Source: Mobula hypostoma
Lineage: Eukaryota
Assembly: GCF_963921235.1 (NCBI RefSeq)
Contig: NC_086097.1
Location: 200,200,001 to 200,264,000 of the forward strand
Length of the DNA: 64,000 bases
Direction of reading: 5' to 3'
The notes under the pieces were generated by a model. It worked only from the letters and a program-made list of their open reading frames with translations, did no database searches and was not told the origin of the DNA. Positions 51,150 through 63,118 of this stretch are shown here, piece after piece (position 1 is the stretch's first letter; every line of letters starts with the position of its first letter). Position numbers and translations under genes: made by a program.

Positions 51150-52985
51150 AGATCATAGAAGTAGATTACAGAGCAGAACAAGCCCTTTGGCCCAGGATGT
51201 ACTGAGCTGATTAAATTTAATTAAAATTAAACAGTGATCAGCATTTCCCTGCATGGTTCAACGCACACATGATAAATACATTTGAATTTTGAATCTGCCT
51301 GCACATGGTCCATATCCCTCCATTCTCTGCACCTATCTAAAAACCACTATCATATCTGCCTCTAACACTTCCCCTAGCTGTGCATTCCAGACGTCCACAA
51401 CTTCCTCTGTAAAAAAATCTGCCCACACATCTCATTTGAACTTTGTCCCTGTCACCCTAAATGCATACCCACTATTTTTAGGCATTTTGACTGTAACTGT
51501 AGATACTGGCAACCAACGCTCTCTGTGCTCTCACAATCATATAAACTTCTATTAGATTTCTCCTCAGCCTCCATCACTCCAGAGAAACAGCCCTTAGTGT
51601 GACCAGCCTCTCCTTACAGCACATATCCTCTAATCAAAGCAGCATCCTGATAAACCTCTTCTGCACTATCTCCATAACTTCCACATCCTTCCCATAATAG
51701 GAAAAGCAAAAATGAATTCAGTACTCCGGATGCGGCCTCACCAAAGTTTATAAGGCTGCAACACTACTTCCCAACTCTTGAACTCAATTGCTTCAACTAA
51801 TAAAAGAAGACATGCCATATGCCTTCTTCACCATCCTATTAACTTGTACAGCCTCTTTCAGGGAGCTGTTGATTTGGACCCAAGATCTCTCTGTTCATCA
51901 CTGTTGTTAAGAGCCCCGCATCTCAGATTTTTGCATTTTCTCCCCATTTAGAAAATAGTACGCACATTTATTTCTACTACCAAAGTGCATGACCATGCAT
52001 TCTCCAACATATTTTATTTGCCACTTTCTTGACGATTCTCCTAATCTGTCTAAGTCCTTCTGCATCCAACCTGTTTCTTCAATACTACCTGCCCCTCCAC
52101 CAATCTTCGTATCATTTGCAAACTTGGCAACTAAGCTATCTATTCCATCATCTAAATCATTTATATACAGCAACACCAACCCCTGCGGAACACCACTAGT
52201 CACTGGCAGCCAACAAGAAAAGGATCTTTTTATTCCCACTCACTGCCTCCTACCAATCAGCCAATGCTCTAACCATGTTAGTAACTTTCTTGTAATACCA
52301 TGGGCTGTTAACTTGGTAAGCAGTCTTGTGGGTGCCACCTTGTCAAAGGCCTTCTGAAAGTCCAAATATACAACATCCAATACATCCCCTTTATCCATCC
52401 TACTTGTAATCTCCTCAAAGAATTCCAACTGGTTTGTCAGGTAGGATTTTCCCTGAAGGAAACCATGTTAACTTTGTACTATCTTGTCCTGTGTCACCAA
52501 GGACTGCATCATCTCTTTCCTAACAATTGACTCCAACATCTTCCCAACCACTGAGGTCAGGCTAACTGATCTATAATTTCCTTTCTGCTGCCTTCCTCCT
52601 TTCTTAAAGAGTGGAGTGACATTTGTAATTTTGCAGTCCTCTGGCACCATGCCAGAGATCCATTACCAACCTGATTTTCCCAATCGAGCTGCATTTCAAA
52701 ATCTCCCATGGCTACCATAAGATTGCCCTTTTGACATGCCTTTTCTATTTCCTGTTGTAACCTGTGGTCCACCTGCCAGCCACTGTTGGGAGGCCTGTAA
52801 CTGCCATCAATGTCCTTTTACCCTTGCAGTTTCTTAATTCAACCCACAAGGATTCAACATCTTCTGATCCTATATCACATCTTTCTACTGATTTGATGCC
52901 ATTCTTTACCAATAGAGCCACACCACCCCCTCTGCCTACCTTCCTATCCCTCTGATATAATGTGTAACCTTGGACATTCAGCACT
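51150..52985 (-). mobile_element. Decayed CR1 fragments; the second has a large internal deletion joining APE to RT near 52655
   Basis: ORFs 51907-52984. Confidence 0.85.
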
Positions 52986-53019
52986 CATGATAATACTACA
53001 ATCAGGAATACCTACTGTT

Positions 53020-54985
53020 CTATCCCTTGACCGCATTTTGGAAAATCGGATCGTCTGACTGTTTTCCTTTTTCCTGCACACAGACAGAGGCTAAAGAGCA
53101 AGCCTCCAGAGATAAGGACAACAAAGAGGTGGGCGCAGGAGGCAGAGCAATGGCTATGCAATTCCTTCAATCTGGTGGACTGTGTCGTGTTCAAGGACTT
53201 ATTAGAGGGTTTGAACAAACTCGCCACATTTGTCATGGACTTTAATCTCTCACTTTAGCAATTTGAGGTACCCACCTGTTTCAAGCAGGTTTCAATTATA
53301 CCAGTGCCATGAGAACGTGGTTAGCTGCCTGAATGACTATCGTCCAGTAGCCCTTACAACCACTGTGATAAAGTGCTTTGAGAGGTTGATGATGAAACAT
53401 ACCAGCTCCTGCATGAGGAGCAATTTGGATCTGCTCACATTTTCCTCCTGTCACAACAGGCCAACAGCAGATGCTATTTCACTGGCTCTTCACTCAACCC
53501 TGGACTATCTGGACAGTAAAGATACAAACATCAGAATGCTCTACATTGACTGCAGCTTAGCATTTAACACTAACATCCCCTCAAAGCTAGTCCTTGGCCT
53601 CAATACTTCCTTCTGCAACTGGATCTTTGATTTCCTCACTTGTAGACCCCAGCCAGTTCAGATTAGCAACACCATCGTCTCCACAATCACCTTTAGCACA
53701 GGTGTAGCACAATGCTGTGTGCTTAACAACATGCTCTATATGCTTTATATTTGTGACTGTGAGGCTAAGCACAACTCCAATGGCATATTTAAGTTTGCTG
53801 ACGACACTACTGTCATTGGCAGGAACCAAAGGGGGTGACAAATCTGCATAAAGCAGTGAGATTGAAATTTTGGCTGAGTGGTGCACAACAACCCCTCACT
53901 CAATGTCAGTGAGATCATAAGACCTTAAGATATAGGAGCAAAATTAGGCAATTTAGCCTATCGAGTTTTCTCTGCCATTTCATCATGGCTGATCCAATTT
54001 TCCTCTCAGTCCCAGTCTCTTGCCTTCTCCCTGTATCCCTTCACTCTCTGACCAATCAAGAATCTATCAACCTCTGCCTTAAATATACGTAAAGGCTTGT
54101 CCTCCACAGTTGCCTGTGGCAGTGAATTCCACAGATTCACCACTCTCTGGCTAAAGAAGTTCTTCTTCATCACCAAGGAATTAATTATTGACTACTGGGG
54201 AGGAAACCAAAGGTCCATGAGCCAGTCCTCATCGAGGGATCTGAAATGGAAAGGCTCAGAAACTTTCAAGTCCTTGGTGTTATCATTTCAGAGGATCTGT
54301 CTTGGATCTAGCACATAAGTACCATTATATAGAAAGCATGGCAGCACCTCTACTTTCTTAGATGCTTGTGAAGATTCGACATGTCATCTAAAACTTTGAC
54401 AAAATTCTATAGATGTGCAGTGGAGAGTGTATTGACTGGTGGCATCATGGCCTGGTATGGAAACACCAATGTCCTTGAACAGGAAGGCCCAAAAGAAGTA
54501 GTGAACCCAGCCTAGTCCACCACAGGTAATACCCTATCCACCACTGAGTACATCCGTCACCAAAGACCCCCAGCATCCACGACATGCTCTCTTTTCACTG
54601 CTGCTATCACAAATATAATACAAGAGCCCCAGGACCCACTCCACCATGTTCAGGAACAGTTATTACCCTTCAACCATCCGGCTCTTGAACCAGAAGGGTT
54701 ATTTCACTCATCGCAACATTTAACTGTTCTTACATCCTTCAAGGTTCCACTTTTAAGGACTCTTCATCTGATGTTCTTCATATTTATTGTTTATTTATCT
54801 ATCTATCTATATATTTATTTATCATGGTTTTTTTTGTATGTGCACAGTTTATCTTTTGCACACTAGTTGTTTGTCCAACTAATGCTTGCGGTCTGTCATG
54901 TTTCTTTGTATTTAATGTGAATGCCCACAAGAAGATAAATCTCAGGGTTGTATATGGTGAAATATATGCAGTTTGATATTAAACG
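53020..54985 (+). mobile_element. Rex1/Babar-type LINE with a CR1 tail inserted at about 53915-54165
   Basis: ORF 53230-53838 ([17 protein letters not shown]...KFADDTT) and 3' tail. Confidence 0.88.
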
Positions 54986-55004
54986 TCAGTTGGAAAGCAA
55001 AGAA

Positions 55005-55225
55005 AAAACATGATTACAGCACCGGTGACCCGGGTTCATTTCCGCCACTGTCTGTGTCGAGTTCATATGTTCTCCTCATGATGGCATGAGCCTCGTCCAG
55101 TTTCCTGCTGCATTCTAAAGGTGTATAGTATGCGTTAGATTAATTGGTTATGTGAGTGTAATCAGATGGCACATGTTCATGGTGGTAGAAGAGCCTGTTA
55201 CTGTGCTGTATCTCTGAACAAAAAA
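55005..55225 (+). mobile_element. tRNA-derived V-SINE/HE1-like SINE
   Basis: B-box-like cgggttcatttcc followed by ctgtctgtgtcgagttcatatgttctcc core. Confidence 0.6.
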
Positions 55226-56119
55226 AATTAAAATGGAGGACGATGCAGAAAGAGCAGGAAGTCCCTGATATTCCTCCAGATTGCAAGGAGAGATGGGAGA
55301 GGCAAGGTCTGGTTTCCCCAGAGCAGAGGAGGTTAATAGAAGAACATGATTGTGATATTTAAAATTCTGAGTAGCATACATAAGATAGACTGCAGGAATC
55401 TTTTCCTCGGATCAGAGGAAAATATCATTTGAGGACACAGATTCAGGGTGAGAAATTTAGAGGGGATTGAAGGGATTTTTTTTACCCAGAGAATAGTGAA
55501 TACCTCAAAGGCGCTGCTGAAGACAGAGGTGGAGTCACTGACAGCATTCCAGTGGTGTCTAGATGAACACTTGAATTTCCAGAGCTTTGTAGACTAGGAG
55601 CCAAATACCAGAAGATTAGACATAGCAGATGATGTCCGCTGACACGGTTGCCCAAATAACCTGTTTCTATGCTGTGTGATTCTATGGTTCTGTAAGACCC
55701 ATGGTTCAGGATTCCTTCCCCTTTTGCTGGTTGCTACACAGATCATGATATTTATTAACCTGATAATCTATTTGTTAATTGAAAAAATAATTCGAGAAAT
55801 AGGTAAGAAGTTAATGCCACTGCATCCAACATTAATTTGTGCCTGAAGAATGAAATACAGCATTGCTAAAGAGGTTTGAAGTGAAGATAAACATTGTTAA
55901 CCCTGTTCTTATTAAGAGCTTCATGACTTTGATGTAGTGTATTTCATGTCAGCTGAATGGTGACAGTTCAGTATCAGGGTATCCGTCGCTTCAGGTATAG
56001 ACAATCATATCAGACCCTTGATCTTTATTTGGGAATATCTTAAAATGTTTAAATAATAAGACACTTTAGAAACCTTTGCTCCATAAGGTAAAGGTAAAAG
56101 TAAGGTATATTGCTTATAC

Positions 56120-56196
56120 GTAAACCATGCATCTGCTGATGTTCCCATCGGATCTTTAGTTTTGTAATTAATTGAGGAGAGAGTTTGGAAGTGTCT
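56120..56196 (-). CDS. Candidate exon (RHFQTLSSINYKTKDPMGTSADAWF)
   Basis: Acceptor tactactcag; donor AC|gtataa; phase 0 start fits the 58230 donor. A second frame is also open. Confidence 0.4.
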
Positions 56197-56369
56197 CTGA
56201 GTAGTATTCACAATCACAATCAACTGAATTTGTTTCAAGTGATTTTGAACAGAGTTATGTCAGACCTAAGCTGCAGGGTCAATAATCAGGGAGACAAAAG
56301 GATGTGAGACTGGAGGACTGCAAGAAGTATAGTTGGAATGACTGTCAATGATCTATGTCAGAGTCATGG

Positions 56370-58190
56370 TTATAGACTTGCATAGCATAGAATTGGGCCC
56401 TTCAACCCAATTCACCCATGGCCAACACGGTGCCTATCCACGCCTATGACCACCTACTCTTTTGTGTTTAAGAAATGTCCAAATGCCTTTACGTACTGCA
56501 CCCTCCTCTACTTCTTCCTCTGGCTGCTCATAACTTGCCCCTTGGATCTCTCCTCTCACCTTAAAACTATGTCCTCAAATTTTAGACTCCCACATCCTAG
56601 AAAAATGACTCTAACTACCCAAGAATTGTTTGTGGACTTCAGGAAAGTGAAGTCAGGAGAATGCACACCAGTACACACTGAGGGGTCAGCAATGGAAGGA
56701 TGAACAGTTTGAAGTACCTGGCATCTTTGAAGATCTTTCCTGGACCCAAAATATTTATGCAATTACAAATGAGGCAGCTTTATTTCGTTAGGAGTTCTGA
56801 CTACCCTGCAGGTGAAAAAAATTCTTCCTCAGATAGCCTCTAAATTTCTTCTCTTATTCTACATCAATGCCTTCTAAATTTATACAATTCTGCTTTGAGG
56901 AAAAGTTTCATATCAAGTACCATGTGACAGTTTTACATACTTCTATAAGGCACCTCTCAGCCACGTTTACTCCAGAGAAAGGAAGCCAGCCTGTTCAGAC
57001 TCTCTACCCCAGATAATATTTTAGATTCACTCTGTAATCTCTCTAGTTCAATCAGGTCCTTCCTAATATGGCAACCAGAACTGTACATCAGTTGTAACTT
57101 AGCTGGTGGTTCAAGTTTATGGTCATCTGACTGTGGATGTGTATATATACATATAAAAAACTGAACGAAACAACATTTCTGCGAACAACAGTACTGTACA
57201 CCCACAATACATACATTTATCACACACAGCACATAAAACAAAATGTTCCCCCAAATAAATTAATAAAATATAATTCAATAACCATGTGAAGTGCACAGCA
57301 CCGGCCGACAGTAAAGAGTGAACAGTTCACCGTTCTAGTGACAAGAACTTGGTGGTGGCAGGGGAATCATTAGTCTCACAGCCTGAGGAAAGAAGCTGCT
57401 ACCTAGCTTGGCAGTCCTAATCCTGATGCTCCTGTACCTCCTATTTGATGGAAATGGATCAAAGACATTAGGGGATGGATGGTAGGAATCCTCAACAATG
57501 TTTCAGGCTCTTCATATACAACAGTTCAGGTAAATATCGCAAACAAGGCGGAGGGAGAACCTGGTGATCCTCTCAATGGTTTTTTACTATCCTCTGCAGG
57601 GTCTTGCAGTTTGAAGCCTTGCAGCTTCTGTGCCACACAACGATGCAGCCAGACAGGACACTCAGTGGTGCTCCTGTAGAAAGATGTTAGAATGAGGGTG
57701 GGGAGCTTCAATCTCCTCAGAAAATGTAGACACTGCTGTGCCTTCTGGACCAATAAGAAGGTGTTGTGGATCCAGGTTAGATTATCCGTTATGAGCACAT
57801 CAAGGATGTACTATAACCTCCTTGCTCTTACATTCAAAGCACTAGTTAATGAAGGCAAGTGAGCTGTACTTTTATTTACCATAGGTATTGTCACCTTTCT
57901 AAATCTATAGACTTGTACACTAAGCTCCCTCTGCTTCTCAATAGTATCTAGAGCCTTACCACTTACTGTGTTTATCTGAACATTATTAGTCTTCCTAAAG
58001 TGCATCATCTTACACTTACTAGAAGTAACTGCCATCTGCCACAACTTCATTTACACTTGACTACATCATTCTGTAGTCAGTAACTATCCTCCTTGCAGTC
58101 TATCAACAAGTTCAGCAAATGTTTCTGTAATTTGCAAGCTACTAATCACACCTTCTACACCCACATCCAAATCATTAATGTACAGAACAA
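56370..58190 (-). mobile_element. Mosaic of old CR1 and Rex1 fragments
   Basis: ORFs 57526-57798 (Rex1) and 57811-58050 (CR1). Confidence 0.65.
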
Positions 58191-58229
58191 CCTAACACGT
58201 GTGAGAGACAAGCTGGCCCAAACGAGTAC

Positions 58230-58353
58230 CTCATCAGCAATTTGACGAATTATTGGCAAAATGTAAACCGTTTCGAGCCTCAGCACTTGACTGTGTAACA
58301 TTCCCCCGGAGGACATTGCTAATTCAGAAGCTTTCAGTTCATTGGCAGACATG
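58230..58353 (-). CDS. 124-nt exon (MSANELKASELAMSSGGMLHSQVLRLETVYILPIIRQIADE)
   Basis: Acceptor aaatttacag; donor GAG|gtactc; phase 2 to 0; non-TE translation. Confidence 0.55.
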
Positions 58354-59227
58354 CTGTAAATTTATTCAAATACTGTATATTTATATTGGTTTCATTTGAT
58401 TGTTATTTTTGACATGTTTCTCCATTTTCTCTCAGACAATTTTGATGAAGGCAGCGTTAATTCTAAAATATGTTGGTGTTAAATGATATGTAGCAAATAT
58501 TAACTTCAGATATGCAAAGGTACAGGTCATGATACGAATTAACAACTAGTAATGCAAGTAACAAAATAATAATGGAAATAAAATGTGTTTTTCTTGTTTT
58601 TTCCCCCAATAAATTTTCATTCAGGTAACTTTATATCAGTGAGAAATATAAAAAAATGAGAACTGGAAGTACTTCATGATTAGATTGCCCTTCCCAATAT
58701 CTTTTTCAATGAGTTCATGAGTGGTGGAATATGCTGAAAGCTAAATATAGCCACGAACTACAAAGTCATAAAATTTGAATTACTACAGATACCATATCAT
58801 AAATGTCAAAAAAATAGAGGTTAATATTAAATAATCTTTATATAATTGATACATCATTACTTGTGCTTAATTAAGCAAAGTAAAAATACTTTTTTAATGA
58901 AATCTTGCTGATGACGTTATGTTACAATTTACTATCATCAGTGACAGCCACATTTCTTCTCCATGAAGATATTTCATAAGGAAATATGTTTCATTAATGT
59001 CACATCAATCAACATAGCCTGCTGTGACCTTCAGCCTCTCTGAAACAACAGAGAAGGTCAGTTCCAATTTAGGCAAGTTGTTAAAGGAAATTGTTTCCCA
59101 GACGTGCTGATATGTATTGAGGAATTTCCTCTTTGTAAATTATCCACTTTATTTACAAGACAACATTCAGGGCTTGTTGATAATTTTAAAACACTCGGGT
59201 TCATGCTCTGGTAGCATGAAAACTTAC

Positions 59228-59265
59228 TTCCATGAACCAATGCTTAACAGCAAAGTAACCAAAGG
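59228..59265 (-). CDS. 38-nt exon (PLVTLLLSIGSW-N)
   Basis: Polypyrimidine acceptor ttttcttcttctatcttgttaacaaaaag; canonical donor GAA|gtaagt; phase 2 end fits the 58353 acceptor. Confidence 0.5.
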
Positions 59266-59599
59266 CTTTTTGTTAACAAGATAGAAGAAGAAAATGTCCT
59301 GAAGTATGTCATACCACTGTATGTACAAAAAAGATTTGACAAACTGATTAACACTAGAACTATATTACCAAAATGGCAACAATATCAAAGGTAGGTATCT
59401 GCAAGAAATCGTAACCAAAAAAGCAATACTTAAGTTAAAAGATATCATGGAGTATTAATATTCTAATCTGTACTGTCACTTATATTTGCAATGCACTTTC
59501 CTTCAAATCCTTTTCCCTATTTTTATTCATTTAAAAGCAAAGACCACATTTCTGTTGTAATTTACAATATTTTATTTCCATCACATATAAAATAGATCA

Positions 59600-60112
59600 C
59601 TCGGATGTTGCCCAGACTTACAGTTACAAGGAGAGGTTTTGTAACTTGGACAATTCAGTGGAACACAGGGAATCAAGGGGTGACCTGATAGAGGTATGCA
59701 AGATCATGAAGGCAACAGTCTTTTTCCTAGAGAGGGGTTGCTAAAAACAGGGGGCGTAGGTTTAAGATGAGAGATTTAAAAAAAAGGAAATTAGGGGGCA
59801 GCTTCATCAGACAAAGGGTAATGAGAATTTGGAAGGTGGCGGTAATGCACCGTTAAGCTGGGTGCCGACCACTGTAAAACAAGACGGAAAAGAAGAAGAA
59901 GAAGAAGAAGAAGAAGAGAATTTGGAATGAGCTGCTAGAAATAGTGGTTCAGGCAGGAACATTAGCAGCATTTAAAAGACATCCAGATGAGTACATGGAT
60001 AGGAGGGATTCAGAGGGATAAAGGTCAAATGCTGGCAGCATGGTCCGGCTCACTGGACAACACAATCAGCATAGACAAGGTGGGATCTGCTTTTGTGCTG
60101 CATGACTCTGCA
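59600..60112 (+). mobile_element. Old CR1 3' fragment
   Basis: ggatgttgccc...ggtgacctgatagaggtatgcaagatcatg... and 3'UTR. Confidence 0.7.
59835..59915 (+). mobile_element. 81-bp 3' end of an I/Nimb-like LINE with (GAA)n tail
   Basis: 12-bp TSD gagaatttggaa (59823-59834 and 59916-59927); ggtggcggtaatgcacc 3'UTR motif. Clade assignment is from memory. Confidence 0.65.
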
Positions 60113-61599
60113 TTTCTGACTCTATTATATTTTTTTTTATCAAAACTCAAATTGCAAGTTGAAGAAGTACTCAAAGAGCAGGGAAGTACAACTCCAGTGG
60201 GCTAAAGGGTGTGTTTCAACGTTGCACCTCTCTGTAACATAAATATCATCCTGCCTGTCACTGTCAAAAGTAATCACAGTCATGGTGTTTTTAATGTTCC
60301 AGTTCCCTTCAGGAGTGATTTTCAATATCTTGCAGTTAGCTGCCTGCTGTTGCACAACACAGGTATAGAGGTCCTCTGTTCAAACAGCAAAACACAGAGT
60401 TGTACACAAGACTTTTCAGGGATATGAGACTTCACATGGACAAACGATGTCATTGTTCAGGTATCTTACTTACTGCGGAAGGTGTAGGCACCAATGGTTG
60501 GTGCATGAGTGCTGGATCTGGCAGCAGCCTTAAAGCACTCTTTCCAGGCTGCCCTGGTCTCCCCATCTGAGCCAACATAACGAACCAACCGGTAACTGCT
60601 CACTAGCAAAGGCTAACCACTCGGCCTGGTTCATGACCCTGGCGTGGACCCACACATAAATAGCACAGCTACATTGCCGCATGAAATGGGGGTCAGCAAA
60701 TTGTCATTATACCAAAGGAACCTTTCCCCTGCCTATATCACTCCAGAGGAGCCCTGAAGACAGGGATTTACGCTACTACTCCCCTTTTAATTGAATGGGG
60801 ATGAAATACAGTGATGTACTTTCACACTGAGGTACTGGCATCAAGGTACATGGCGGTCTGCTGCACATTGAATAGCCTCACCTTCATGAGATGAGGAGTA
60901 GGTAAAGAAGGAAACTGAAAGAGAGGGCATCTTTGACTAGTCCCATCTGTCCCAGAATACCTGTGCAAAACTACACAGAGGGTGTCAATTCCCCTAATCC
61001 CATGGCCCCTTTAGCAACAATTCCAACTGTTCTTTCTCCTCTGTAACAACATGCTGCTACAAAATAAAAACTCCAAACCAATTTTTAAAAGGAATCATGT
61101 CAGTTTGCACACAAATGTAGCCCAGTCGCCCTCCTGCATTTTCCTCAAGCCCTTCTTCTGCTGTGGATTTGTCCACACCAGTCCCCCTACAGCAGGGCAC
61201 TACAGTAGTAGCTGAACCCGTGGACTTGCAATATAGGAGGCTGCAAATGGTCTTTTAGGAAGGTGGGGGTGGTGAGGGAATGCTCCTGTGAGGTTCAGAT
61301 CTAGAGAGTCTGCACTTACACCCAACTTCTCAGCATGAGTGAATGTTGTCAGTCTGAGCAGGCTGACAACGAAACAGATGTGCATTAGACCCTGTGCCAA
61401 GATAATTTTAGAGTCCTCCATGCTATGTGACAAGAAGCATCTGCTTCCTGACAGGCTTCCCACTGTACCATGTGTTTTATTGTGCACGCACATCTGTCTT
61501 CAAGACCCCTGCTGATGTTTGCAGCCAATGAGTATCCCTGTTAGAACTAACCTGCTGGACTCCGAGAGTTAGAATTATGAACTCTGATAGTTAGAGTTA

Positions 61600-61890
61600 G
61601 AAGCCGAGAAACAGACCCGTCAGTCCACTGAATGAATGTAGACTGTCAAGATCCATTCCATCTAATCCTCTCCCCTCAGTCTCATCAACTTTGCACAGAT
61701 TCTAATGCTCATGAGGGGCAATTTACTGTGGCTAAATTAACTAACCACCAAGCACCTTCTCAGGATGTGACAGGAAACCAAAGTACCAGGAAGAAAGCCT
61801 TGCAAGCCCCAGGGAGTAAGTGCAACAGAGGTCAGAACCAAACTCAGGTTACTGCAGCAGTGAAGCAGCAGCCATCCATCTTTGCAAAGG
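61600..61890 (-). mobile_element. Old V-SINE/HE1-like SINE
   Basis: ggggcaattt...aattaacct...ggatgtgacaggaaacc...agtacc pattern. Confidence 0.5.
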
Positions 61891-62459
61891 CTACGTCACA
61901 CGTCAGGATTTCTGATTATTTTTCCCCTCCACAAGTTGTATTAAATTAGAGGTTTAAAAAAATACCAGAACATGGAGGTATGAAAGAGTATAGTCACCCT
62001 TGATAATTAGAGACACCCTCAAGATACCATGTAGGTTTACTGCTCAAGCCAAGGCTCTGTCCTTTGATTTTTTTTTCCATGCTGTGTATAACTATTTGTT
62101 TTCTTCCACCTTCCCTTTCTCAAGCACTGAATCTTGATCAATCCTTTCTCTGCTTCAAAACCACCAGTTATGATGGTTCCTCCATTGTTGTTGTTAAGAA
62201 CGCTCCTTCCAGAGAGGGAGAAAATCTGTGGAGCTGAGAAATTGACTGAGAGAAGAGTGAGAGAGTGATTGGGAGGGAGGGGATAAACAATTGCCTGCAA
62301 CAGATGAGGTGTTTTATGTTTAATGAAACCCGTAGCACATTTTATTGAACTCCAAAACCTAAAACACAAAAGCGCGCTAAAAATCTTTATGTAATAACGT
62401 CATCACATCAGAACAGCCTCTTAAGGTGAAACCCCAACTCAGTGTCCGTGGTTGCTCAT

Positions 62460-63118
62460 GATGGAAGTAAGCCTCCTTGGAGAACCAGGCCACCACCGGA
62501 AGGTGGCAAACCCCTGATGAAACCTATGGTGATGTGGGACCTCATAGTCATCGTGGAATCAGCAGGGTCCACGGGAGCCCAGAGGATCTGTCAAAGGCTC
62601 TGCACACCAGAATGCAGGGCTCCGCAGAAGGAGGTTGACGGGTACAGGGCTGCTGTATTGTGACAGAAAGTTGGTTGAGTTTGGCAAGCAGATGGTCAAT
62701 GGTTTCCTGCTGCTTTGAGATCATGTGTTCCTGTTGACAGATTACTTCCTTTAGGCAAGCAGATTTTGCTGGGTCAATCATTGGCTTACTCACCCTATCA
62801 GGAAACTTAGAGGAGGCTTGACCCAAAATCAGAGCAGCAGAAACAACTTAGCAGTAAATGTTATCTCACTGATTAGCTGCAAAATAACAAGCCATACAGG
62901 GTCACAAAATAAGAGAGAACAGATAATTAACACAGCAAGGTAACTGAAGGCTATAGACAAGTGATTGAGGCTGATTAGTTCATATGAGTGATGAGGATGG
63001 TGGATGAGAGCTGGATTTAAACAGGCTGCAGGTAATGATTTGGAAATGGGTGGCAGGTGATTCCTGTTAGCTGTGTGGTGACTGGGAGGTGCCTCCGAAA
63101 CAGACTGGTGATTCTGTT
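62460..63118 (-). mobile_element. Gypsy (sushi-like) LTR with 5' gag remnant
   Basis: ORF 62548-62826 (DPA...L..VI.QQE..I..QQ..I..L...L..L...PPSAEP.I....FD) resembles a sushi/PEG10-type gag start; upstream LTR-like segment with tttaaa box ending ...tctgattttgggtc. Confidence 0.6.
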
